Source: Blepharisma stoltei ATCC 30299
Lineage: Eukaryota; Protista; Ciliophora
DNA length: 64,000 nucleotides
Assembly (NCBI GenBank): GCA_965603825.1
Contig: CBFDEM010000025.1
Location: 470,258 to 534,257, forward strand
Direction of reading: 5' to 3'
The notes under the pieces were generated by a model. The model was given only the letters and a program-made list of their open reading frames with translations. It made no database searches and was not told the DNA's origin. Positions 52,801 through 60,870 of the stretch are shown here, one piece after another. Numbering within the stretch: position 1 is the stretch's first letter; each line of letters begins with the position of its first letter. The position numbers were made by a program, and so were the translations under genes.

Positions 52801-54892
52801 CAGTCTCACAGCTTGTGCAATTCGTAGAACTTGTTTGGCACTCAGAACAAGGTGAACTGCATTGCACGCAAGCTGTACTGTTCGAAAAGTACCCATCAGC
52901 GCACTCACAAGCTGAGTTAGTAAGATTAAAGCCGCTTGAACACTTTGTGCATACTGTAGAGCTCGAACATTCTGTACAAGGAGATGTGCATTGGGTGCAG
53001 GTATTACCAGAAAGATAGTATCCAGTAACACAGCTTGTGCAATTAGTAACGGTTTCTTGACACCCAGAGCATGGAGAAGTACAGTTACTGCAAGTTCCAT
53101 TATCTAAGATTAGGCCATTAGAGCATCCAGTGCAGGTTGTAGCACTTCCAGAACATTTAGAGCATGGTGATGCGCATTGTTCACAAGTGGAATTGTTCGT
53201 AAAGTACCCATCGCTACACTCACAAGTTGAATTAGCAAGAGTAAAACCGTTTGAACACTTTGTGCATACTGTAGAGCTCGAACATTCTGTGCAAGGGGAT
53301 GTGCATTGAGTACAGGCATTACCAGAAAGATAGTATCCAGTTACACAGCTTGTGCAATTCGTAACAGTTTCTTGACACCCAGAGCATGGAGAAGTACAGT
53401 TACTGCAAGTTCCATTATTTAAGATTAGGCCATTAGAGCATCCAGTGCAGGTTGTAGCACTTCCAGAACATTTAGAGCATGGTGATGTGCATTGCTGGCA
53501 GGTAGAATTGTTTGAAAAGTACCCATCAGGGCACTCACAAGCTGAATTAGTAAGATTATAGTCGCTTGGACACTTTGTGCATACTGTATCACTAGAGCAT
53601 TCTAAGCAAGGACTTGTGCATTGAGTACAGCTATTACCAGATAGATAGTGTCCAGCTTCACAGCTTGTGCAATTAGTAGAACTCGTTTGGCACTTAGAGC
53701 AAGGTGAACTGCATTGCACGCAAGCTGTACTGTTCGAAAAGTACCCATCGCCACACTCACAAGCTGAATTAGTAAGATTATAGCCACTTGAACACTTTGT
53801 GCATGTTGTAGCACTCGAGCATTCTGTACAAGGAGATGTGCATTGGGTGCAGGTATTACCAGAAAGATAGTATCCAGTTACACAGCTTGTGCAATTCGTA
53901 ACAGTTTCTTGACACCCAGAGCATGGAGAAGTACAGTTACTGCAAGTTCCATTATTTAAGATTAGGCCATTAGAGCATCCAGTACAGGTTGTAGCACTTC
54001 CAGAACATTTAGAGCAAGGTGATGTGCATTGATCGCAGGAATTTCCAGACAAGTAATAGCCATCATGACATGCTGTACAATTAGTTGTGCTTGTTTGGCA
54101 TTCAGAACATGGTGAGGTACAGTTCAATGTGCATGTGTTTCCGTTTAAGGAATAGTTAGACTGGCATTCGGTACAATTTGTCGCAATAGTAGAGCATTTA
54201 GAGCATGGTGATGTGCATTGCTCGCAAGAATTGCCAGACAAGTAATAACCATCCTTACAGCTTGTGCAATTTGTTGAGCTTGTTTGACATTCAGAGCATG
54301 ATGATGTACAATTGTTGCAAGTATTCCCATCTAAGTAATATCCGCTTACACAAGCTGTACAATTCGTGTTATCAGAACTACAAGTTGAGCATGGAGTAGT
54401 GCATTCTGTCAAACTTCTTGTGTCTTGATGATGTGAGTAGGATTCAGTGAGGTTCCATTCGAATTTGCTTGGTATGTAAGAGTCCTCTTCATCAGAATTT
54501 TCTTCAAGCCCTCTTTTTTCATTACCCCCGCCATTTATGGCACTTTCTTCAGTAAGGTACTGAATGGATCTGTCAGCTACTGGTCTTGCTTCATTTTCCA
54601 CATTATCAGTATCCTCGTTATAAGTAATGTCCTCTTGAGTATTCTGGGTGGATTGTATGAGGGGCTCAGAGTCTATTTTACTTGATTCCATTTCGTTTGC
54701 TTCAGCTTCGCCATCCTTATTATTGACAATGTCGTCTTGGACTAAAGGAGGGATGAATCTAGGGCTTTTGCCGGATGAGCTAGGGTCAAAGCTGAGGCCT
54801 TTTAAGCTTTCTTTTGTGTCACGAGAGTCTTCACCTGCGACGTAGAGCTGCAGAAAGACGAAAACACACAAAGGCAATAAAATGGTTTTCAT
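37817..54892 (-). CDS. Giant polycystin-1-like Cys-rich surface receptor, about 5,691 aa, uninterrupted frame
   Basis: Single 17-kb ORF. The start at 54892 (MKTILLPLCVFVFLQLYVAG signal peptide) is supported by the shared leader motif. It has more than 4,000 aa of furin-like Cys repeats, then the same REJ/GPS (WGCVYYNE...W...C...YHFSMY)/TM chassis as 19110-25205. Confidence 0.93.
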   Translation of the reverse strand: MKTILLPLCVFVFLQLYVAGEDSRDTKESLKGLSFDPSSSGKSPRFIPPLVQDDIVNNKDGEAEANEMESSKIDSEPLIQSTQNTQEDITYNEDTDNVENEARPVADRSIQYLTEESAINGGGNEKRGLEENSDEEDSYIPSKFEWNLTESYSHHQDTRSLTECTTPCSTCSSDNTNCTACVSGYYLDGNTCNNCTSSCSECQTSSTNCTSCKDGYYLSGNSCEQCTSPCSKCSTIATNCTECQSNYSLNGNTCTLNCTSPCSECQTSTTNCTACHDGYYLSGNSCDQCTSPCSKCSGSATTCTGCSNGLILNNGTCSNCTSPCSGCQETVTNCTSCVTGYYLSGNTCTQCTSPCTECSSATTCTKCSSGYNLTNSACECGDGYFSNSTACVQCSSPCSKCQTSSTNCTSCEAGHYLSGNSCTQCTSPCLECSSDTVCTKCPSDYNLTNSACECPDGYFSNNSTCQQCTSPCSKCSGSATTCTGCSNGLILNNGTCSNCTSPCSGCQETVTNCTSCVTGYYLSGNACTQCTSPCTECSSSTVCTKCSNGFTLANSTCECSDGYFTNNSTCEQCASPCSKCSGSATTCTGCSNGLILDNGTCSNCTSPCSGCQETVTNCTSCVTGYYLSGNTCTQCTSPCTECSSSTVCTKCSSGFNLTNSACECADGYFSNSTACVQCSSPCSECQTSSTNCTSCETGHYLSGNSCNQCTSPCLECSSDTICTKCPNGYNLTNSACECADGYFSNNSTCQQCTSPCSKCSGSATACTGCSNGLILDNGTCSNCTSPCSQCQESVTNCTSCVTGYYLSGNACTQCTSPCTECSSSTVCTKCSNGFTLANSTCECGDGYFTNNSTCEQCASPCSKCSGSATTCTGCSNGLILDNGTCSNCTSPCSGCQETVTNCTSCVTGYYLSGNTCTQCTSPCTECSSSTVCTKCSSGFNLTNSACECADGYFSNSTACVQCSSPCSECQTSSTNCTSCETGHYLSGNSCNQCTSPCLECSSDTICTKCPNGYNLTNSACECADGYFSNNSTCQQCTSPCYKCSGSATACTGCSNGLILNNGTCSNCTSPCSQCQETVTNCTSCVTGYYLSGNACTQCTSPCTECSSSTVCTKCSNGFTLANSTCECGDGYFTNNSTCEQCASPCSKCFGTATACTGCSNGLILNNGTCSNCTSPCSQCQETVTNCTSCVTGYYLSGNTCTQCTSPCIECSSSTVCTKCPNGYNLTNSACECADGYFSSNSTCEQCTSPCSKCSETATTCTGCSNGLILNNGTCSNCTSPCSGCQETVTNCTSCVTGYYLSGNTCTQCTSPCTECSSATVCTKCLNGYNLTNSACECADGYFSNSTACVQCSSPCSKCQTSSTNCTSCETGHYISGNSCAQCTTPCLECSSDTVCTKCPSGYNLTNSACECADGYFSYNSTCQQCTSPCTKCFGTATTCTGCSNGLILNNGTCSNCTSPCSQCQETVTNCTSCATGYYLSGNTCTQCTSPCIECSNDTVCTKCPNGYNLTNSTCECADGYFSSNSTCEQCASPCSKCSGTATACTGCSNGLILNNGTCSNCTSPCSACQETATNCTSCETGHYLSGNTCTQCTSPCTECSSATVCTKCSSGYNLTNSACECADGYFSNNTACVQCSSPCSKCQTSSTNCTICETGHYLSGNTCIQCTSPCLECSSDTVCTKCPNGYNLTNSACECADGYFSSNSTCQQCTSPCSKCSETATTCTACSNGLILNNGTCSNCTSPCSQCQGSLTNCTSCQTGYYLSGNSCLQCTSPCLECSSSTTCSKCPTGYTSNNTTCVCADGYYESNSTCEQCTSPCSKCSGAATTCTACSNGLILNNDTCSNCTSPCSGCQETVTNCTSCVTGHYLSGNTCTQCTFPCIECSSATACTKCSSGYDLTNSTCECADGYFSNSTACVQCSSPCSECQTSSTNCTSCQTGHYLSGNSCIQCTSPCLECSSSADCTKCPNGYNLTNSTCECADGYFSSNSTCQQCTSPCSKCSETATTCTECSNGLILNNGTCSNCTSPCSQCQGSLTNCTSCQTGYYLSGNSCLQCTSPCLECSSNTTCSKCPIGYTSNNSTCVCADGYFESNSTCEQCTSPCSKCFGTATACTACSNGLILNNGTCSNCTSPCSGCQETLTNCTSCVTGHYLSGNTCIQCTSPCLECSSSTDCTKCPNGYNLTNSTCECADGYFSSNSTCQQCTSPCSKCFGAATTCTACSNSLILNNGTCSNCTSPCSECQETVTNCTSCVTGHYLSGNTCTQCTSPCIECSSATACTKCSSGYNLTNSTCECADGYFSNSTACVQCSSPCSECQTSSTNCTSCQTGHYLSGNSCIQCTSPCLECSSSTDCTKCPSGYNLTNSTCECADGYFSSNSTCQQCTSPCSKCSETATTCTECSNGLILNNGTCSNCTSPCSQCQGSLTNCTSCQTGYYLSGNSCLQCTSPCLECSSNTTCSKCPTGYTSNNTTCVCADGYFESNSTCEQCTSPCSKCSGTATTCTACSNGLILNNDTCSNCTSPCSECQETVTNCTSCQTGHYLSGNTCIQCTSPCIECSSETVCTKCSSGFNLTNSTCECADGYFLSNSTCEQCSSPCSECQTSSLNCTSCQTGHYLSGNACIQCTSPCLECSSSTDCTKCPNGYNLTNSTCECADGYFSSNSTCQQCTSPCSKCSETATTCTECSNGLILNNGTCSNCTSPCSQCQGSLTNCTSCQTGYYLSGNSCLQCTSPCLECSSNTTCSKCPTGYTSNNTTCVCADGYFESNSTCEQCTSPCSKCSGTATTCTGCSNGLILNNGTCSNCTSPCSECQETVTNCTSCQTGHYLSGNTCIQCTFPCIECSSATACTKCSSGFNLTNSTCECADGYFLSNSTCEQCSSPCSECQKTSTNCTSCQTGHYLSGNSCIQCTSPCLECSSDTNCSKCPNGYNLTNSTCECADGYFSSNFTCQQCTSPCSKCSGSATTCTECSNGLILNNDTCSNCTSPCSECHGSLTNCTSCETGYYLSGNSCLQCTSPCLECTSATTCSKCPNGYTSNNSTCVCADGYFSSNSTCEQCTSPCFKCSETATTCTECSNGLILNNGTCSNCTSPCSGCQGSLTNCTSCETGYYLSGNSCLQCTSPCLECSSNTTCSKCPTGYTSNNTTCICADGYFESNSTCEQCTSPCSKCSGTATTCTGCSNGLILNNGTCSNCTSPCSSCQETVTNCTSCQTGHYLSGNACIQCTSPCIECSSETVCTKCSSGFNLTNSTCECADGYFLSNSTCEKCSSPCSECQTTSTNCTSCQTGHYLSGNACIQCTSPCLECSSSTDCNKCPNGYNLTNSTCECADGYFSSNSTCQQCTSPCSKCSETATTCTECSNGLILNNGTCSNCTSPCSGCQESLTNCTSCETGYYLSGNSCLQCTSPCLECSSNTTCTKCPTGYTSNNSTCECADGYFESNSTCEQCTSPCSKCSETATTCTGCSNGLILNNGTCSNCTSPCSQCQGSLTNCTSCQTGYYLSGNTCTQCTSPCLECSSATACTKCSNSYTLSNSTCVCADGYFSSNSTCEKCTSPCSKCSGTATTCTECSSGLILNDGACANCTSPCSSCQETITNCTSCQTGYYLSANSCHQCTSPCLECTSATTCSKCPTGYTSNNSTCVCADGYFSNNSTCEKCTSPCSKCSETATTCTECSSGLILSNSTCLNCTSPCSECHTSTTNCTSCQTGYYLSGNSCVQCTSPCSECSSSTTCTKCSNGYTLSNSTCVCGDGYFSSNSTCQQCASPCSKCSDSATTCTGCESGLLLSGSSCVNCTSPCSECQASPTNCTKCDTGYYLSGNSCIQCTSPCLECSSATTCTKCSNSYTLSNSTCVCTDGYFSSNSTCQQCTSPCSKCSGTATTCTGCESGLLLSGSSCVNCTSPCSECQTSPTNCTKCDSGYYLSGNSCIQCTSPCSECSSSTTCTKCSNGYTLSNSTCVCGDGYFSSNSTCQQCTSPCSKCSDSATTCTGCESGLLLSGSSCVNCTSPCSECQASPTNCTKCDSGYYLSGNSCIQCTSPCLECSSATACTKCSSTYTLSNSTCVCADGYFSSNSTCQQCTSPCSKCSGSATTCTECSNGLILSNNACVNCTSPCSGCQTSSTNCTSCQTGYYLSTNTCIQCTSPCSECSSDAVCTKCLSGYTLSNSTCVCADGYFSSNSTCKQCTSPCSKCSGSATTCTACADGYVLSNSTCVSPTCTSPCSSCYSTATNCTSCVDGYYLSSNSCHQCTSPCSKCSSASICTKCADGYSLSSNSTCNQCTSPCSLCSTSTSTCTSCIAGYYLNSTICNACTNQCANCTSESVCTSCVANASFNSATSSCKCNSGYAPVNGKCSQCPTSCATCSSLTNCLTCNSNAEVGSNGLCSCKSGFSLDSNNNCIATCNNLCTSCSTSNGQNCTACITNAELSGITCSCTPNSSYDSASKSCLCNSGYTLSNSKCVVCKKYLASTDVVSASYSSSYVYVLVSFKVPVDTTVDPSCSKVLTYDTLQLMGTGPVCSWSDAKTLKIALGTQFSLRDSTINLDGTWILKDTQDPCTINYQPLSVSIKMPTSPSPVAVITGPQTISLGCNNDAIVYSADKSTGNYGASLTYKWSSTSVDLILQATGFSISIPKSSISSSLTSLTVTVQITNTFALTSSASMTTTISPQETLTVSFDSGSTISMKASESKTVKALVAAICGSSATSISWQWAYTSGPSSTAATNLASSATTQKLSISSNLLAAGGPYVFTATATQNTNSSPITGSASVSITVTSSPLVIQLSKGSGDVNKNLDFIIDASSSKDPDTNSADGLAYAWTCTNHLDGTACSIASYLSSQSSSALTIPKASLVVNQWDLTCTISKDSRTASYTITLNIIDISATTNIAIPTISVKANYQQLNRFSASVSGGDGTSILWSQSSGTKIQISPNNLSYLSLTANSLAEGMSYVFSLTITSGTSSFSVDLALNVNLGAACSDTVPSVNPSSGTALTTSFSISISNCYDRDGEDYPILYTFEYSTDSGTTYRIIGSTTEQSQISYYMPAGTITILAHVCDQLNTCMDYTTKSSISVKDYVSRRLQSDALRTSYSTLTLDPDNIPSTITLFCSSASIDSSLFSTMWSDLKSYVSSQSTMTNTLLDSVLGAVYSLSTQKGLMTLNTWEEFIVWVDNLLTTYTSLVPTADNLDSIVEIGESYLNYGINTTFSEQTFEKYVLYVNNFYTTWAIASTANDLVTQSSINDAISTAKTHIYKDRNFPEDMQNTTRYYSTVANLTYPGTLDYSNTNIMNMRANFYHGFTDDFSAIAIFSLANSGTYKDYSLNPATETYVPFSSSDYPFLIELPYSKNIGEGMVWGCVYYNETSSNWTESNCKIVSINNSTSTVTFKVYHFSMYKLTEVNPSVNPPPYVPITDSSCDDNYAPLYILVVVLFIGLLLAPIMVIIDRISPSSPTQAPKDAPPNTPASHSPRPTLRGLMRPNISVHASQGEESIEDDDVDSSDEEGVQSQDIDLTENSVVEQIEAPIEKPEPEVKYELQELIEGHLVFGLIYYRPIFSRVARVFTLIVAIVFELLLEGLLYYGSEDINSGSETATQTLFDNYEGKYFGYMILALAITIPVEVFMIVAFSIDRKKAPIWPAIGVIVGLAVLIGSIVGVVMLSYDFCHEWSGYWAVSFLWGILIEIFIMETIYMIVRYFLIQAYPSNEAIKS
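42050..54400 (-). repeat. Hierarchical coding repeat array (31-, 31- and 43-aa modules; 315-, 852- and 1167-bp periods)
   Basis: Modules were read from the translation. Shadow ORFs recur at 852-bp (51406/52258/53110; 51898/52750/53602) and 1167-bp (47860/49027; 44466/45633) spacing. Confidence 0.92.
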
Positions 54893-57800
54893 TTTTATTA
54901 TCCATTCGAAAACATGTTCAAAAATGTTTAAATTAAAGATTTTTAGAATTATAATGGCCATTGGTATTAAGTCTCTATAAAAATTTAAAATTCACCTTGA
55001 TTAACCTTTAAATGCTAAGTCCTAGTGACCAGCATAACAATACTTTTAAATTAAGTCCTTTCTTAAGGCTTTTGGCCGATTCAGAACAATTCTTTTATTC
55101 CCCTTTTCGAAGCCTTATTGAATAGCAAAACTTTCCTCAGCTTGAAGAAATCTTGGAGATTTCATTGCTATGCTTTTTGCCTGCTAATAATAAGGAGATG
55201 ATGCCTTGCTTCTGCAGCAATAAATTTTAATTTTTATATTGTCATCTATTTTTATTAATCTCCTAATTTTATAATTTTGTAGTTTTTGATTTATTCATGC
55301 TCATGAAAATTCAGCTGGAGAATTTCTTAAGATTAACTAAAAAATTTAGGCAAAATGCCCGATGAGCTTTTATTAATTATCTTAGAGCTTTATTTGTCAA
55401 TTACTATCTTATTCCAAGAGGCGAAGTAATTATGACGCAAGCATGTTATTCGAAAATGGCTTAAGAAACATAATCGTTACAAATTTACTAAAATTTTATG
55501 AAGGGCAAGATTTCCTGTAAAATTGCTAAAGCAAACGTCAGGAATCTTAGGCTTAAATTTGATTCAATTTCTTTATGAGCAGCACGTGATTAAAAGATTT
55601 TAAATTATTTTAAAAAGGGAGAAAGTCCTCCAAAAGCCTTACCTTCTTGGAAGGATAAAAGATTAAGAAGAAGGCTTGAAAATGTGTAATTACTTTTAAG
55701 GATTATAACCAAGAAATTAGCGCAATTGAGAGTCTTAGAAATGAAGACAATCATTAGAAAGCTAAACATTAATCATAAAGGCAGATAAATAGTAAATAAG
55801 CCGATAAAGCTATGCTATATGCATATTCGGGCTCAGTTTCTCCTCATGCATATTCTGATAGAACAATTTAAATTTCTAAGGGTAAAGGGATAGCTTCTTT
55901 TAAGGAGGATTTAAAGATGAAGAAGCATCAAAAGTTCAAAGAGATGACGCAAAAAATTTGCATATCAGCTAAAGATTAAATTGGTATTTAAGAAAATTAA
56001 CTAAGCAATAATAATACAATAAATAAATTTTTATAGATCAATTAAAATGGATTGCAATAATTATATACTGAAACACAATATTCAAAATAATTTTTTTTCA
56101 AGGAAGATTTGAATCATCAGGCTTCCAAATGTAGGCATAAATTTAGCACAAGGAGTATTTGAAGTTATTTATGGCAGCATTTATAAAAGCATTATTATTT
56201 TGGACATCAATTTTCAAAAAATTATCGATAATCTCTTTATAGTTTTTATACAAAGCCATGGACATATAAAGCATGTGAGCTTATAATAATTTTCATTTTT
56301 ATTATTATATCAAATAATAATCATGAAATTATTGAAATACTTTTGCGAAGACTTCTAAAGCTATGCATAATCATGCCTAATTTAATGTATTCATATTTTA
56401 AAATCTCTTCTTATCAAAATTTTCCCCTTTCATACAATTAAAAGGAACGATAATGGAATCAGGAATTTGTTTTATTTTTCTATGTTTAAAAATTATAATC
56501 AGTGGCTCTCTTAAATTAGCTTATATTTTTGTCAAAAATAGAAATTGAAGTAGTTTATATATTAAATTTCAAATTTATTATATCTATAATTTTTAAATTT
56601 TTAAAGATCTGGTCATAAAGATAAAAATGGCAAGTTTCTCATAAGTTGGAACATGCTATTAGACTTTTGAGTATAAAATTCACCCAGCTAGCAGTTTAGA
56701 ATTTAATATCTAAGTTTAGGATGTCTGAGATATTTCAGAGAAATGATATCTCGAAATATAAATAAGGATTTAGGAATTAGTTTCTATTAAAGAGAATTTT
56801 AAAATGGCCGAAGCCAACAAAATTTCAAAGAAATGATGCAGAATTTGTTTACCCAAACAGAATTAAAATCACGATGATAATGATTTTAAAGCTATCCTAA
56901 AGCATAATAAAATAATGAATTTTTATAAATCAATTATAATGACTTGCAATAATTATATCACTAAAGCTCAATGTGTAAATAAATTGGTAATTAAATATTT
57001 GAACTGATCAGATCTCCTCATATCAGCATTAACTTGAAGCGAGGAGTGCTAGAAAGTAATTATGGCCGCATATTATATTTCAAAAAAAGCATTTATTATT
57101 TTTGAGTTATAAATTTTCAAATGCAATTTTGATCAGAATAAAGCGGATAAAATAGCTAAATTACATCTGAAAATTATCAAAGTTAGATAAATTAAAATAT
57201 AAAGAGGCTTTGGGAAATTCATTATTGAAAAATCAAAATGAAAAATAACTTTCTGAGGTCTCACCTTGATCAAAGTTATTTTATCCATTATGAAAAATCT
57301 ATTTAAAGTGTTCATTGACTTGCATTATTTAATAAGAAAACATCATAAAATAATTCAAAAGCACAAGCACCATTTTCATAAGAATTGAACTCTTCTCATT
57401 AATTTTTCCTTATGTTTATATTAAATTAGTGCTTGACGTGTATCTTTAGCAGGATGAATAAAATTGCCCACTATTATAACTTCAACTTATAACGTAATGC
57501 GAATTTCTTCATAACTCTTTAATAGGGCGAGGAAGACAATTCGAAAACAATAAAACCCTCACAGGATGAATTTCTCACTCAATTTTTAATCTTAAGAGAA
57601 TAGTGAATATGTCTGGACTAATCTTAGCCAAATAAATCGAAAATAATAAGAATATCTTAGAAGAATCCTACAAGGGAGTGAGGACTAAAATTATTTACGC
57701 TTTATTTAATTGCTGAATAATAATAATAATAATAATGGCAAAATCGGCTAAAGAATAGCTTTCTTAAAGGAGCCATTTTAGATTGAGCAATTCCATGATA

Positions 57801-58039
57801 AATATTTTTAGATAATTCTCAGGCAAATTTCTCTAAAGAATTAGAGAGAAAATTATGGAATTTCTGATTTTAAAAATAAAATGTGCAATAAAATTTTTAC
57901 TAAGTTTAGAGTAAAATACGTAAAGAAGAAAATAGAAAATTATATCAAAAATATTAATAAAGAACTTAAAATTATAATTTTTTGCAAATTACATACCAGA
58001 TTAAATTTCTCCTAATTTTATTGATTTCATATAGTGCAA

Positions 58040-58720
58040 GCCAATTCTAGAAGGTTTTTATATCCAATTCAGCTAGGAATACAATATCAAGAAGAGCTAT
58101 AGAGAATAACATGCTTAAGCTTAGACCAAATTTAATTAAAGAATTAAAGAAATTTCCAATGATATTGAACATTTTGCCCAGAAAGTCAGCTTTAAAAGCA
58201 GATTTTATACGGACTTGAATTAAATGCAATTGAAAGCCAAATAGTTATATATGACATATTGACTCATAAGCAAACGAAAAAGTATTTTAAAAGTGACAAA
58301 ATATATACCAGCAGCGCTTTAATTGCTAACTTTTTTGCTATGGGTCTTCATGCAGAATTTATCTCATTAATTTTACTGAAATAAAGTTCTACCCTTGGGC
58401 CTGGAATTAGAAACCAGTTGGAGTCTATTTAAATGATTCAATTTATTCATTTTGGAGGATATGATGGGATCTCTTTAAAAAGCACTGCAATGGGCTTGAT
58501 TTGAAAAAAAATAAATGATTTGATATCCCTGCTCTCCAAAAGTAAGTGAAGGTTGCACATGTGTGGCTTTGAATGGAAAAATTAACAGGAACTCATCATG
58601 TGCTTTATATAAATACGATGAAGCCATTGAAAATATATAAATCATGATTCGAGAGCTAAATGCTGAAAATCTATAGTTAAAGCAATATAAAATTAAAATT
58701 ATATAGATCATGATATATAT
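58040..58720 (+). pseudogene. Degenerate paralog of the downstream kelch-motif gene
   Basis: KEISNDIEHFAQKVSF versus KISNDFERFIQQISF, and GVYLNDSIYSF/GGYDG versus GAYLNHAVYTFGGYDG. Frameshifted. Confidence 0.7.
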
Positions 58721-59757
58721 TTTTTAAGTAATTTTATTTTTTAATCTATTAAGTTTAAAATATCATGCTAATTGAAAAGCTTATCTTTATTTGAAATTTT
58801 AAAATCTAGGCTGAAGTTATTATTTAGATTTGGGAAAATCATAGTAAAAATTCTTGCCAAATGATTTACAATTAATTTTTTAATATAATTCCCATTTTAT
58901 TTATAAAAGCTATTGAGAGCTACTCTGAAATTCATGTAAAATACTCAAAATGGAATAAAGAAAAGGTGCTATTTTTAGAAAATTCAAGATTTTACATAAT
59001 GACCTTTTACTATTCATGAAAGTAGACTAATAATGAATATTCCTGGCGATATATTGGCGAGGTAGAAGTTCAGCCTTATATTCAGTCAAGAAAAATTTAA
59101 TAAAAATGCAACCTTCTTTATTTTAGAGCTAATGAAATTAACTTCATCTAGAAATTTGATTTTTCAGGCAAGACAATCGAAGATTCAATATTATAAAAGT
59201 AGAAATATTTAATTACAGCTTTACTACTATATATATCTATAGCAAGTTTTCAATAATAATTTTAGAATTTTTATTGTTTACATAAACATTGAGCATCTTG
59301 TAGATCCTCATTTTTAACTGTATTTTGAATAACTTTTATATTATAAAGTAGACTTATAGACTTAAATTTAGTTCTTTTATTTTCATATATTGTTAAATTC
59401 GTATAAATGCCAAAGAAGAAAATCAATAAAAAGCCTGAGCTAACTTCTAGAGTGGCAATAGCTGTGCAAAAAATATTTTATATATTTAATATTGTTTAAG
59501 TTTAAATTTTTATAAATTGTTGGCCTCAGAGAAAGATTAAATAATTTTAATTAGATTTTAAAAGCATTAAATAGCCAAAAGCAAATAATTATATTAATTT
59601 TTATAAAACTAATAATTGCAAATAATTCAAAATTAATCAGAAAAGATTTTTCTTGTTATATATATAATTCAATTATTTCTAAAATTTAATTTTTGTTTTT
59701 TAAAACGCATTGTTCTGATGTATCTCAAAAATCATTCTTATAAAACATTAAAAAAAA

Positions 59758-60870
59758 ATGGAACAAAAACTGAAAGAAATATCGCACTTTGAGGCAAAAA
59801 TTCATAATGAGCTTTTATTGAATTTAAAGTGGCAGAAATGAACAAGCCATGAATGAAGGGCAGCAGAAAAGAGACAAATAATTTACGAAGGTGAATTTAA
59901 AAAAATCCTAAACTGATCATTAGATAAAAAAGAACCAGCTAATTTTATCATTGAGGACATAGAAGTCAAAAAAGACTGCAAAGATTTCAATGAAAAAGTT
60001 GAAAAAATTAGCAATGATTTTGAGCGCTTTATCCAGCAAATTAGCTTTGAAAAAAGATTTTTATACAGATTGGAATCTAACATACATGGGACTCAGTTTC
60101 TGGTGTATGATATAGTAGAAAACCAGACAGTGGAAAAGTATATTGAAAGCAAAATTTTATTAGATAACGGCACATTGGCTGTAAGGCTTCCTAATTATGA
60201 ACTTTTTTGCATTGGTAATTGGCCATATGGATATAAGCCTCAAGAAATTTCAGGGACTTCATGCATCATCGATCTTACCAATTTTACCATAAAAAAAGTC
60301 CTAAGTCCTGGACCTCGTATCAGATACTCAGGAGGAGCCTATTTAAATCACGCGGTTTACACCTTTGGAGGCTATGATGGCCATCACCTAAAAAGTACTG
60401 CCAAAAGATACGATTTAACCAAAAATAGATGATTTAATATTCCTGATCTGCCAAAGGCAAGTGATTACTGCTCATGTGTGGTTTTTAAAGGGAAAATTCT
60501 CCTTTCAGGAGTCAGCCATAAAATTGTATACAAATTTGATACAGAAATTGAGAGCTATTCTGAAATTCGTGTAAAGCCTTTGGAATGGAGAAAAGAAAAA
60601 AATCTGTTTATAGGAAACTCAAGGGTGTATATAATTCAGTGGCCTCCTGCTGTTTTTGAAAGTAACACTGATGATGAATATAATTGGAGTTATATTGGAA
60701 AAGTAGCAGTACAGCCTTATATTTTTGATGAGAAAGAAACTAATAAAAATGATATGCTAGATTCAGTTTTTATTGATTTCAAAACCAATAAAATCAATTA
60801 TTTTTTGAGATTTGATTTTAAGAGCAAGGTAATAGAAGAAATACAAGTAAATAGTATAAATAACTTATAG
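59758..60870 (+). CDS. Kelch-motif-containing protein, 370 aa
   Basis: One frame from ATG 59758 to TAG 60870 through four TGA codons. Kelch blade VYTFGGYDG...AKRYDLTKNR(W=TGA 60430)FNIPDLP. Confidence 0.82.

Noticed and set aside
42846-53814. Many short ORFs on the + strand or alternative frames (MQLLQVPLF..., MELAVTV...)
   Set aside because: These are antisense or off-frame shadows of the Cys-repeat CDS and recur with its periodicity. The same applies to 2484-3743 and 22858-24360.
54893-54961. Upstream ATG (54961) as the start of the giant gene
   Set aside because: The signal peptide and the family leader motif both point to 54892, and the extension is AT-rich UTR-like sequence.
57716-57736. 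(TAA)n microsatellite
   Set aside because: Short and expected in very AT-rich DNA.
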